Assembly (NCBI GenBank): GCA_946965045.2
Contig: OX337235.1
Location: 1,860,001-1,924,000, forward strand
Direction: 5' to 3'
Length of the DNA: 64,000 nt
Source: Epithemia pelagica
Taxonomy: Eukaryota; Protista; Bacillariophyta
Part shown: positions 11,201-23,200 of the stretch, in pieces
How the letters are laid out: every line of letters begins with the position of its first letter
How positions within the stretch are numbered: position 1 is the first letter of the stretch
Translations under genes and position numbers: made by a program
Notes under the pieces: model-generated
What the model was told of the DNA's origin: nothing
The model's input: the letters and a program-made list of their open reading frames with translations, nothing else
The model's database searches: none

Positions 11201-13419
11201 AGGAGCGCATAGTGAAATGGATGAAGATGAAGGAGCGAATGAACCCGACGAAGATGAAGGAGCGCACCATGCACAAGAGTATCAGGATGAAGATGAAGGA
11301 GCGAACGATTATGACGAGCATAACGATGAAGACGGCGATGGCGAAGCAACCGCCATGTCCGAGGACGACATGCCTCAACACGAGTACAATTTGAGGAGCG
11401 GCCGGACACGCTCCTACAGTCACAGATTTGACCACCAAATGGACACCGCGGACGGTAGCACATCATACATGCATATGCAATTTCTCCAACGTGCGATCCG
11501 TCACGCAACAACCAACGTGAACGAACGGAAACCGATCCATTCCTTGGTGGCCCACTTCATATTCACCCAAATGTCTGCCCAAGCAGGCATCAAGAAACAT
11601 GGTCAAAAGGCCATAGACACACTTCTCAAGGAATTCACACAATTGGATAATCAAGATACATTCGATCACCAGGACGCATCAAAGCTTACGGCACAACAGA
11701 AGAAGGCAGCCCTCAGATCAGTCAACGTGATCAAAGAGAAACGCTGTGGCAAGATCAAGGGACGATCGTGCGCGGACGGACGGTCCCAGCGACCACACTA
11801 CGATAAAAGTGAGACTGCTTCACCAGCCCTGTCAACAGACACCCTGATCATGTCACTGATCATCGACGCAGTTGAACGACCGAAAGTCATCACCGCTGAC
11901 ATTGCTGGGGCATACCTTAATGCTTTTATGCGCGATTACGTATTAATGAAGCTCACCGGTGATGTAGTGGACATCTTCTGCCAGATCGACGAGAAATACA
12001 AAAAGTTCGTCGTCATGGAAGGTGAAACCAAGGTACTCTACGTACGACTCAACAAAGCACTGTATGGATGCGTTCAATCTGCACTACTGTGGTACGAGTT
12101 GTTCTCCACAACGCTGAAAGAGATGGGTTTCGAACTAAACCCGTACGACCCATGCGTGGCCAACAAAATGATCAACGGACGTCAATGCACTGTAACCTGG
12201 TACGTTGATGATCTGAAAGCATCGCACGTGGAAGAGAAGGTAATCGAAGATGTCGTGGCAGCAATCGAAGCAAAATTCGGGAAGATGTCGGTGTGTAGAG
12301 GAAAAGAACACACCTATTTGGGAATGAAGATTACAATCAACGACAACGGCACGGTCAGCATTATCATGCCACAATACATCGACGAAGCAATCGACATGTT
12401 CGGCGAGGATGTCACACAAGGAGCATCAACACCTGCGAGGAAAGGACTTTTTACAATCAAGAAGAATTCACCGATGCTCAGCAAAGAAAAGAAGGACAAA
12501 TTTCACAGTATCGTGGCAAAATTACTCTACCTGTCACAACGTGCCCGTATAGACATCCAAACGGCTATCGCGTTCTTGTGCACCCGAGTTGCCAAATGTA
12601 CCGTCGACGATTGGGCCAAATTGAAACAAGTGCTCCAATACCTGTACGCTACCAAAGAATTGGAATACATTGTCGGAGCAGACAATGTACCCCATCTCAA
12701 GACATGGGTCGACGCATCATTCGCCGGACATGCGCAGCCACACAGGCGGTGTAATGTCCCTTGGGCGAGGTGCTATCATCGCAAAATCAAGAAAGCAGAA
12801 GCTCAATACTAAGAGCTTGACTGAGGCCGAGGTTGTGGGTGCAAGTGACTACCTCCCAAACACGATATGGGCCAAACGATTCCTCGAGGCCCAAGGATAC
12901 AAGATAGCAAGCACGAAATTCGCCCAGGACAACCAGAGCGCAATCAAACTAGAGAAAAACGGAAGAGCTTCAGCGGGGAAGCAGTCGCGCAATGTGGATA
13001 TCAGATATTTCTTCATAAAAGACCGAATCGAACAAGAAAATATCGACATCCATTACTGCCCAACGGAGGAAATGCTAGCGGATTTTCATACAAAACCACT
13101 ACAAGGGAGTCTTTTCATCAAGTTCAGAGACGTATTACTCGGACACAAGCCCATCGATTCCCTGCAAGACTCCCCGTGCGACTCCTCGACTCATGAGGAG
13201 CGTGTTGGAAATAATGACGAAGACGAAAAAATGATCCACGAGTCCTCAGAGCCGCCCGGCGACCAAGCTGGGACAATGACGAGAACTACTTATCGAAGGA
13301 GTCACGAACAATCACGCGAGCGAGAAGGTAAGCGCGTTACGTTCGCTGACGTGGTGAAATACGGAAAACCAAAGACGAGCAAGGCGAAAAAGACGAGAGA
13401 GCTCATTCTTTGGAGATAA
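8185..13419 (+). pseudogene. gag-pol polyprotein of element 1 with two frameshifts
   Basis: RGG repeats, zinc knuckle CFHCQGPGHYASQC, protease WVLLDSQST, integrase FHADNEF and VERSIRTIKER, RT ADIAGAYL and WYVDD, RNase H WVDASF and QDNQSA. 1-nt deletion at about 11189 and an inferred 8-nt deletion at about 12725 (FAVHPD motif lost). The RNH frame runs on into the 3' LTR. Confidence 0.93.
11161..11303 (+). repeat. Tandem repeat encoding E(D)E(D)EGA units in the IN-RT linker of element 1
   Basis: Five units of about 27-39 bp, each containing GAAGGAGCG. Confidence 0.9.
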
Positions 13420-13498
13420 TCAAGACAGTGAAGTAAAATTACGTTTTACATCTACGACGATAGCGACGAAGCTGACGGCATCCTTGCATCGTACAACA
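13203..13498 (+). repeat. 3' LTR of element 1 (296 bp)
   Basis: Preceded by the purine tract TGAGGAGCG (13194-13202) and followed by TSD AAGAT. Confidence 0.97.
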
Positions 13499-13802
13499 AA
13501 GATCTTCAGGTCCTTCGTGGTTTTTTATGACAGCCCATGATTTTCAATCCTACCAAACTCGTTCTTCCCATAGACGTTTATATGGATATTTGGAGGGTTC
13601 TGGCTGGTTCTTTGTTTCTGGGTTCTTTGTACGCTAAGCGCGTTGACAACATATGAATAAATGGAAACATATCATCCTGGTGGACCGTAGGTCCGTTCCG
13701 TTCCGATTTGAACATCTCTCTTGTTTGTGTGTGAGGGCGCATGTGGGTGGGTGAGTGGGTGTATGGATGGTTTCGACGTGATGTCGTTCGTATGATGGCT
13801 CT

Positions 13803-14246
13803 CTATTCAAGTCCATCCATGATTTCATCAATATTTCGCCATTTCGGATTGTTCACGCTACCAAACCAACCGGTTTTACCGGGATCTTCGACTGACTTCT
13901 TCTTTGGTACGGCTTCGAGGTTCGGAACCAGAAAGTGAAAGAGTGACAGAGGACAATGACAAAAAGAGAGTGGAAATAGAGTTTAGAGTTTCGTGTGTCA
14001 CAAAGAACTTTTGCGCCATTAAGGAACCATTGCTAACGTACCTCGTTTTACCGGCTTGACCTTCTTGTCGTCCACGCTTTCCTTCTGTGGATTCGGAGGT
14101 GGGGATCCGTCAAGACCTCGGCCATCAAGTCCCCATCCCTGTGGATATAAGGTTCCCGCCGAGGATGGGTTTTTGCTGCGGCGAGCAGCGACCGAAGCTG
14201 GAAATGTCGCCAAGAGGACAAAGAGAAATGCAATGAAAGCGCGCAT
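13803..14246 (-). CDS. Small secreted protein, 2 exons (14246-14042, 13912-13803), 104 aa
   Basis: Signal peptide MRAFIAFLFVLLATFPASVAA. GTACGT donor at 14041 and AG acceptor at 13913 give a phase-compatible join to AVPKKKSVEDPGKTGWFGSVNNPKWRNIDEIMDGLE*. Confidence 0.6.
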
Positions 14247-14922
14247 TGTCGTTCGTTTCAGAGGTTGTTTCGTGTAATATCGTTCACTTTTGGTGTCTGC
14301 AGTTGCAAAGACAGCTGTTCTTGTTTGTTTTTATGAGAGAAATGGAATGCGATCCGTTTTATGACACAAAATTCCCACCGGAGCACACGGTATCTTTTTG
14401 ACTTTTGACATCCTCAGTATGGTTGCCGGCAGCTGATGGTTGCGTTCTCCAGTTCTGGATTTCTGACGACATCATGTATCATGTCATCAGCTCAATGATT
14501 ACATCTCGAATGCGAATCGCGTAAGGATATCATTCATTCTATCATTTTTTATGCCCCTCATTTTTCCATCATATACCGACCTTGTATCAAAAAGGTAGTA
14601 GGACAATAGGTGAAATCAGTACTCTTGTTGTCGCATCCTCACAGAGGACTCGCAACCAATCTTATCCTAAACTTTTGAGATTTTACCACGAATGAGGTTG
14701 CTTGAGACACAATTGTTCTCCTTGCTTCTTTAGTCAGCTTGTTCAGTTCTCCCATTCATGTTCTCCTTTCTTTGAAGCGAAGTCAATTCATGGACGACTG
14801 GCAAGTTCGCAATGATATTATCACAATCGGCAATGGACCGGAACCAACACATCAATTGGCAGAGACATCGGCCAGCTGAAATGAATCAACTGGACTGGTT
14901 CTAGTTAGTTACGACCCAATCT

Positions 14923-15858
14923 CTATCGAGTCCACTGCGCTGCATTAATGGGCGGAAAGGTTTCCACGGTACAATCACCGTAGGCAAACGCAACACAGGA
15001 CAAACGATAGCTGTCGGGATTTTCTCGCAATGTTGAGGCTTCATCCATTGATTTCCGGTTGGTATTCATCCCACCTGCCGAAACATTAACTATGCAGGTA
15101 CCGCACAATTGCTTGCCTTGACAATTAGTCCACCGCGTTACACTTTGGTACACATTTATTCCATTGTCCACACAAAGTTGACGAATGTTGACGCCAACCG
15201 GTGCTAGCAATCGGTGAATAACTTCTTTCGGTGTCCCCTTGTTTTCATAAACCATAACAGTCACTGTCTCGGCCTCTTTACCGGAGGTTCCTTTCTCCGT
15301 CGCCGCTGCTTTCAACTCATCCTTGGTTCCTCTAAAAAATACCATATCCACATCTGTAACTGACTTGTCCAGCATAGCAAATGATTCCATAACAAAATCA
15401 AAAGGGGCTCCAACCAAGTTAATCACATCCATTTCTTCATCTTCTTTGACGGCGCACAATTCGCAAAGCTGGTCTCCTACTTGCACTTGGTTCGACATGG
15501 CTGCATCACCGGTTGGATCGAGAGCTCTCACATAGACAAACGAGAAAGACAAATCGGTACCCCATTCAATTCCGGCCGCCCTCGATAGTCTCACACGGTA
15601 CAATCGTGGATCGGAATCAATATCAATGCCTCCTCCTGCAGTTTCCGAACCCTCGCCGTCGTCCGTTGGTGGGTTCGACGCTCCCTCCGAGGCGAAGAGA
15701 ACGGCTTTTCCCGGGCGTTGGTGATTTGAGGTGAGAATTTTCTTGCATTCTTGTTGATGATGACGGTGGTGCTCCAAAGGATATGGTTGAAAGCAGCTAC
15801 ATAGACTCAAATATATCAAGAAGATACAAGCGTATCTTTGTTTGTTGCGATAGACCAT
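14923..15858 (-). CDS. PDZ-domain plus 2Fe-2S ferredoxin protein, probably plastid-targeted
   Basis: Likely start ATG 15858 (MVYRNK..LIYLSLCSC-FQP, signal peptide followed by Phe). PDZ-like LSRAAGIEWG..VYVRALDPTGDAAMSNQVQVGDQL. Fer2 motif NCQGKQLCGTCIV...RLSC. Confidence 0.85.
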   Translation of the reverse strand: MVYRNKQRYACIFLIYLSLCSCFQPYPLEHHRHHQQECKKILTSNHQRPGKAVLFASEGASNPPTDDGEGSETAGGGIDIDSDPRLYRVRLSRAAGIEWGTDLSFSFVYVRALDPTGDAAMSNQVQVGDQLCELCAVKEDEEMDVINLVGAPFDFVMESFAMLDKSVTDVDMVFFRGTKDELKAAATEKGTSGKEAETVTVMVYENKGTPKEVIHRLLAPVGVNIRQLCVDNGINVYQSVTRWTNCQGKQLCGTCIVNVSAGGMNTNRKSMDEASTLRENPDSYRLSCVAFAYGDCTVETFPPINAAQWTR

Positions 15859-16194
15859 TGTTCGGCACTTTTTGTTGTTCGCATTGACGACGAAGAAGAT
15901 TGGGAAGATCTTGCAACTTCTTCGGTGGTCGCGGTTCGCAATACCTCCAAAGTCAGTCTCTCCGTAGTCCGTAGTTTTAGGGTTATCAACCTTCCCATTA
16001 CTCATTGGAGTATTTGACCTTTCGATTATTTGACCATGGGTTTCCGATACATCAACAAACTCGTAAACGAGTTCCAAGTGCCCAACACGTCTCATGCAAA
16101 GAGTTATCGCCATGTCTTGAAATACATGACGTTAACACTGTTTAATGCCATCAATGCTAGCTAGAGGAAGAGCGGTGTTTTACTATGTCATAAT

Positions 16195-18194
16195 CTATGA
16201 TTCTATCGACAAAAGGTGGCGTTGGCGTGCAAACCACACCATGTCAGCAAAATGTTTGGTGTGGAACGATTCCACGTCCCTACGACCTCTTATGAGAATA
16301 CGCGGCCACTTCAATTCGCTCTGCAACCGAGTATCTTCACCCGCACCAATCACATTTACGACAAGTAGAGCACTCTCCAAGTCCTGTGACAGTTGCATGA
16401 GTTCTTCTGCGGCTTTGTTGCGCTTTCGACAGGCGCTCGGAAAATCCGACGCATACACGTTGTCTTGTGCAAGTACCAAACAACATTTGCTCTCACGGGG
16501 ATGCTGCGCAACATGTGCACGGTCAATCCATGGGTGGTTACTTCTCTGCGGATGATAGTAATAACCGCGTTGGGGGATATGCCCAATCGCAACCACCTCT
16601 TTGCCCTTTTGTCTCAACAGTGGTTCTTCGTCTAGAGACATTCCAGTGTAGTAAACAAGAGTTTTTTGTACCACGTTGGATGTTTGCCGCCTAGGCCTGG
16701 CACTGTAACCTCAACCTGGCCAGGGACAACAGGCAAGCCGAGGAATGCGCGAAATAAATCGTAGTGTTTTGCAACGTTCTCCAACTGGTTCCCAGCACCT
16801 CCATCAAACAATGAGAAGGAGCATAGCAAATTCTCCAAATGCTTTCCCGCACCGGCTCTCGAACCACTCTCAAATGCCTGCATCAAAAACACAGGAGGAA
16901 CAACGCCACTTCCGTCGGTCACCGCTTCAATGTTCGGGGAGCATATGACTGTACATGGATCTTCAGCGGCGATGGATTGATTTACAAAAGTGCAAATGTC
17001 TTTGTGGGTCTGAGTCGATAGTTTGGCTCCCAGTCGTTCTTTCATCTTGTTGCTCAGGGCCTTCACAGATGGTTCAAAGTGGTCTTTGAGGCAAAGACTG
17101 AAAGCGACGACGATCGATCGCATGTGAGCACCGCTAACTGCGTTGACCAACGACAAGGTCTTTTCCTTCTCCTTTGGCAAGACCAAATTGGAGAAGTAAT
17201 CGAGGGTGTCAGAGTCCGGGCGGTCGGGGGCCCAGTCCAATGTCGGTCTTTCACTAAGAGTATGAAAGGTACTGGAAACTAACGACGAAACCAAAACGGT
17301 GCACATAGACTTTGTCTCTGCTAAATACAGAGCGGCCATCTGATATGACCGCCTTTGCCCCACGGTCGCCAAGCTCGCGGATCTCATCGACACTTATCGC
17401 AATGTCTCCGGTGGCCCTGTCTTTGGCATTGGATACAAATAGACCGCGCAACAGTCTGGGAGGAGAATCCACAAAATGTTCGGCACCTGCACTCTTAAGA
17501 AACTGAGTACATTGCACTGAACCACACCCATGCAAGGAAAGCGTGAGTCGAATGAGCATGGCCGCTTCAGGGTATCGCTGGTCGACGCTCAAATCTTGTT
17601 CCAAGTGGTAAGTCAAGTATATTCCTAAAGCATCTAGCCATTCCGGGGCCTCTGTCAACGCGTGTGTCTTTCCATTTCCCGTGCCAAGACGAATCCCCAC
17701 AACGACCGCCTGTCGATCCAATGGCGCATACGTTTGAAGCTTTAGTCGGATTTTTTCGCGAAGTGAACAAAGCTGCATCTTCATTTGTTGACCATGCCAA
17801 GTACCACTCAAACTTGTTGCCGGTACACGGTAATTCTTGGGTGTCTCCGATATAGGGCTGGGCTGCTTCGATTAGCTCCTTTGTCGCACTTTTGACATCG
17901 TCTGATAGTAGGAGCGTTGTAAAGTTTCTTTGACGTTTCTGCTTCGGGAGCGTCGTGCCGCTGCGGCCGGTACTTGCCGCCATCCTCAAGTAGCATCCAG
18001 CAAGCACTGGATTCCTACAGCACGCAACCAAATAGCCAAACCATGATCATTGCTCACACACCTACGGTAAGGAGCGTCGTGCCGCTGCGGCCGGTACTTG
18101 CCGCCATCCTCAAGTAGCATCCAGCAAGCACTGGATTCCTACAGCACGCAACCAAATAGCCAAACCATGATCATTGCTCACACACCTACGGTAA
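16195..18194 (-). pseudogene. Crinkler/RHS-like P-loop NTPase plus REase-fold gene, frameshifted
   Basis: Four overlapping ORF pieces (17567-18031, 17254-17811, 16632-17393, 16195-16674) join through frameshifts at about 17755, 17340 and 16650. Walker A-like GTGNGKT, Walker B-like IAISVDE, C-terminal SNHPWID...LVLAQD resembling a PD-(D/E)xK fold. Confidence 0.6.
17947..18194. repeat. Perfect 124-bp tandem duplication (2 units)
   Basis: 17947-18070 is identical to 18071-18194 (ggagcgtcgtgccg...cacacctacggtaa). Confidence 0.97.
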
Positions 18195-19073
18195 TCGGCT
18201 TTGTGTTGTGTTTTACTCCCAAGCAGGGGCGATCCAGTCAGTCGCACTATAATGAAAACTTTTCAAACTGAGAACTGCGGGACTCACCTACACCCGCTGG
18301 GGGATTGAAACCGCCAAGGCGGTATAGGACGGCTGAGTTTAGTATCCGTATTCAGGAGCAGTAGTTTTCTCTACATGATGGGTAGCGGCCATAGAGTGAA
18401 TTAAAGAGACGTGTTTCTGGTGGATGCTTGGCGGGCCTGAAATGAACATGAAACTCTTATCACTAAGCAGACATTCCGCTGCATTTGTCTGCTTCCAACG
18501 GTTTTTTTAAGTAAGAATCCTTCATTTCATAAACCCGTGTTGTTGTTCAAAAACTGACAATGAGAACATGATGAGTGTGATGATAGTTTCCCTTTTTCGC
18601 CACTCGGATCCAAAAATTACCCAGGATATACACCCAGACCAGGACTGGTTTGCTGATGTTCATGGTACTTATGGCCACATGCGTGCGAGAGAGGGAGAAT
18701 TTTGAACCAGACGGGAAAGTGGAATCAGAAAGGGAACTGGTTTGATTGTTGCATGTCTTTCTCATCTTATTCTGTCTAGTTGACCGTAGTTGATTGTTGC
18801 TTTCCTTCTCCATTTTGCTTTCGTTCATATTACTGCTGCTTTGGGAGGATCGTCGGTTGAGGTTATCGTTGTGGGGGGTTGGTTTCCATGTGCGCTGCTC
18901 GCTTTCACAGTAGGAAGTCTAGACTAGTAGCTTGTTTGTGCATCGTAGTACTCGTATAGTCATTTCTCTTGGTCTTGCTGCTCCTCCTTGTCGTTGCTAG
19001 TTGTGGTTGTCGCTGCTCGTCAAAGAGGTTGATTGCTGCGTTGGTTGGTCCATGGTCTGCCATTCCTCCATCC

Positions 19074-19545
19074 TCATCTCTGGTTGACAGCTTTTGATTG
19101 TTGCGTTTGGGTTGTGTTGGGTGTTGTTGTCGTTCGGCCGAAACTAGGAGTGGATTGTTGCTTTGTGTGCTGTTGTCGCTGGTATGCTACTCTTTTGGAT
19201 AGCTTGCGTCTGGTTGTCAATTGTTGAGTGTGGTGTTGGTGTTGATGTTGTTTCGTTCGGCCGAAACGAGGAGTGGATTGTTGAGTATGGTGTTGTTGTT
19301 GTTGTCGCCGCTTGTTTCCGATTTGCCTCGTATGATTGTTGCATTCGTAGTCATTTCGATTCGGTACTCCATCTGGTGTCGTTTCACAAGACAGGGGAAG
19401 CCAGGCATCCTCCGGCGTATTGGTGAGAAGGGAGCGTTCTTGTTGCTGTCGTTGGTGAAGGAGAGTTACAGGCAATTGCCCCATCAAATCCAAAATAGCT
19501 TGAAGCACCGGTCCATCGGTGGCAGCAGCACCAGCAGACGCCTCC
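19074..19545 (-). pseudogene. Distal exon part of the host gene interrupted by element 2
   Basis: Removing element 2 and one TSD restores the frame ...NHVEASAGAAATDGPVLQAILDLMGQLP..., joining ORF 28666-29058 to ORF 19074-19508. Contains two QSTP(R/S)FGRT repeats. Confidence 0.75.
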
Positions 19546-20053
19546 AGTCGCAGTTTATGTTTTTAGCACCAGTCGCGTTTCCAAATTTGTATTTGTGTTT
19601 TGAAATATTGAATTTGCACGACTGGCAGTTTGTGTTGCATGACCCAATGATATAAGCCTACATGTCAGAATCCGCGCATGCATGACGCGCAGGATGGGCT
19701 TTTGGCGCCACAGAACGCCGGGCCATTCGCCGTTTGTGTCTACGACACTCATGTTTTGCTAACTAACCTATGACACAACAAACAACAAATGAGATAACTA
19801 TCGCCCATTTGAATCAAGCTGTGCGTTGCAAGATAGCAGATCAATTCCTGGAAGCCAAAGCGAGGAATCAAAATGAGGAACTCAAGATCACTTTGTTTAC
19901 TCTATAGCTTTAATCATAATATCGATACAGGAGTTTTTTTTTTGCAACGCAAAAGACTTCTAGGTTGGTGTGGAGACTTGATCAATCTCGACCCCGATTA
20001 CGCGGTATTCCCCTAGCTATTAGTATACCCAGTGTATGCTAGTGACTCTGACA
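19546..20053 (+). repeat. 5' LTR of element 2 (508 bp)
   Basis: Matches 28201-28706 except for 3 transitions and a T10/T8 run. Starts AGTCG, ends TGACA. Confidence 0.96.
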
Positions 20054-20285
20054 GGTTATTACGCCCAAGTTACAGCCTAACCCGCTACCGTTTCCTCTGT
20101 TCTAGCCCAACGACCATCATCGTCGGACTACCCCTTCTTGAGATTTTTGACAGGCCAACAAGCTGTCTACCCCAAGCGACGATTCGCCAACGACTCTAGG
20201 GAGCCACTTCTCCTTTGAGCAAATTGAAGAAGAAATCGTCTTCAACAGTTCCAGTTCTCACGGAAACGCCTCGGACATCTCCAGC

Positions 20286-23200
20286 ATGGCAAGTTCTGAA
20301 ACCACACCCAAGCCCACTTTCAAGCCACCCAAGCCCACAATGGGCGATCTTGTTCAACTCGACGAGTACAAGTGGGCGGCTTGGACCGGCGGAAAGCCTC
20401 TCCCCACCTGGAAAGGACTCGACCCAACCGCCAAAACCTACCCTGCAACTCCTCACCAACGACGATTCGGCAAAGACATCACCGGATTCGAGACTCGCTG
20501 CGGTGGATTGTCAATTTGTTACAAAAAGGGAGACAACCTCCACGAATTTATGAAGCGTCTCAACGACATCTTTGTACTCCGAGGTCTCGACACCATCTGC
20601 TACCTCGGCGATCCAGCCAACCCAAAAGAGATGCGACACATTGTCAATGAGCACACTCGCTTTAACCTCAAGCTTGTGCAGAAGGCAGCCCCTGTGCACT
20701 GCGCCAACTTCGACCCATTTGATTCAGAGAACGACACCGCTGCAAGCATGTGTCTCCTCGACTCTGTCGAACTGAAGATTCGCAAGATGTTAGAAACAAA
20801 GACGAACACAACGGACTCCTTTCTCGTTACCTGGATGACTTTTATTAACCTTCTCCAATCCGACTCGGTTCAGAAATACGATGCTCTATCCGCCAAGATC
20901 GCAAGCCGAACCCCATTCATGTATCCAGGGCAGAACATTTCTGAAATGGCTGCACACATGAAGGCAGATTGTGAGGATCTGTTTGCATCAGGATTTTACA
21001 AATAAACACTTACCTAGTCCGTTCTCGAAGCCTTTGCACTCGCAAATGGAGATCCCCTGTACAACCTTGGATTGTTGAATCTGTACCCACAAGTTCAGCA
21101 ACGAATTCTCGAGATTCGATACATGACGGAACAAGACCAACAAGATACTCTTGATAAAGAAGGACTCTCGTTTGCCCACATCTGTGACAAAGCCGACGCT
21201 CTGTACATGGATGCCATGAACCTCAAGAAATGGCCAGCTTCCACCCACAACAAAGACTCCAAGACACCTCCTGCAGCCTTTGCCAACCTCTCGGAAGTAC
21301 AAGCCATGGCCCTTCGTCAGCACATGGGCGACACCCCCTTGTCGAAAGGAGCATGTCTAATTTGTGGCAGTTTCGACCACTGGGCGAAAGATTGTCCCCA
21401 CAAAAGTTCCAAGCAAGCTTCCGGACCACGCGCACACTCGCGCGGTGGCAGTCGCGGATCTTTCAACCAGAAACCCAAGGGAAACTCCAATCGCACCTCC
21501 AGAAGCAACAACAAGACAACCACCAAGTCAAACCCGGGATCCTCCGTCAACTGGAAGTACCAAGCACCCTCCCAAGGACAGTCCGAAACGAAGACAGTCG
21601 AAGGGAAAACTTGGTACTGGTGCGCCCACTGCGGCCGATGGACCGGCACCCACTCCACGGCACAGCACTCGGATGACCACAAGGGGCACTCCAAGTCCAA
21701 CAAGAAAACATCCAACCCTGGCGGAATCGCAGCCCCTCAGGCAAACATGATCTCCCTAGATCTTGATGCTGGCGCCTGGGCAGCACGATTTCCCGTCCGA
21801 AACCTCCTCTCAGTCGAAGATTTTGACTCTGTCGCTCCTGATCAAACCCAAGACGACATCGACAGCATGCCATCCATCCCTGACTCGTTCTGGGACACGT
21901 TCTCCGCATCGGGCCCCGAAGATGATGATGATAATGTGTCGATTGTTGTTTCAGAGGGAGAAGAACGTCGAGACACCACACAAAACGAGTCTCTCCTCAA
22001 CAACACCATTGAAACCACCGACATGTTGTTGGATACGAGACCGGTTGATTGTTGCGACGACGCCAAATCCAACGATGCAAGCGATGAAAGCTCCGCAACC
22101 ACAGAACCACCTCCACTGATTCCACGCTTTCAAGACGACGAAGAAGAGGATTCAGACTTGGCCTCTCTGTTCAGGAACGTCGATTCCGACCAAACCGACG
22201 AATCGGTCGAACTCCCACCTCTCGTTCCACGACCAATCACACCCTATGGCCTTCATCAAGCTCCTGCAACATTTCGTCCCCTTATATTCATTGACCCCGA
22301 CGACCTCTCAATCGCAGAATCATCGGACAAAGCAGAAGACAACGATCCAAACGCCCCAAACCGAGATTTGATGGCTCTTCCACCCAACATCCGACAAGCC
22401 TTCATCCAAGCTGCAACGGATGAACTGCGCCGCGTCATGAACCTGCACCGCATTGTTCATCCACCAGAAGACTCCGACGACGAAGCTACCAAGACAGGTG
22501 ACACCGCAAGCACCACCGACAACGATGCAGCCGACGGAGAAAATGACCAAGACGATGAAGACGAAGATGACGAAGAGGAAGAAGATGAAGAAACCGACGA
22601 CGACGACCCAAATGGAGACGCCGACGACGAAGCAGATGACGACAATCACGATGATGACAACAACGACGGAGCCTGCCCACCTACGATGGCAAACGAAACA
22701 AACAACGAGAGTGAGACAGATGAAGAACAAGATCCAGCACCCAAACCACCGGACATCGACTTTACCGTAGATCTAAATAAACTGAATCTCAATGCCAAAG
22801 TGGCAACCATCCACTTACCTTGGAAAGAGTACAACAACTCAAATGTCGGCGAAACTGAACGAACCGACGACACCTGGTATGACTTCTATGAAGCAACATT
22901 CACATTCGACAAGAATGAAGATCCACTGAACACTGACATCCACACGAAAATTCCGTCAGACTGTCCAGTGAATCAAGAACAAGACCAAAAGGAACCGCCC
23001 AACTTCCATGAACAAGACCAAGCAACACCTGATAGGAAGATGCCGGCGATTCAAGACGATGAGGTATCCTCCATTGAGTGGGAAACACCTCCCTGTGACA
23101 GTGCACCCTCGCCCAACAGCCTAGATCTGTCGTTCATCACCCCAACACGACTCTTCCACGCGCCGGGCGAGCCCTCAGCCCCCAAGAAACGTCCCTCCTC

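Larger units (their letters stand above)
7157..13498 (+). mobile_element. Ty1/copia LTR retrotransposon (CoDi-like), element 1, full length, decayed
   Basis: LTRs 7157-7450 and 13203-13498 with TG...CA ends. 5-bp TSD AAGAT (7152-7156, 13499-13503). Domain order gag-PR-IN-RT-RNH. Confidence 0.97.

Noticed and set aside
18990-19340. Recurrent GATTGTTG and TTCGGCCGAAAC units that might resemble a CRISPR array
   Set aside because: Irregular spacing, eukaryotic context and no cas genes; they are codon repeats of the Q/T-rich pseudogene exon.
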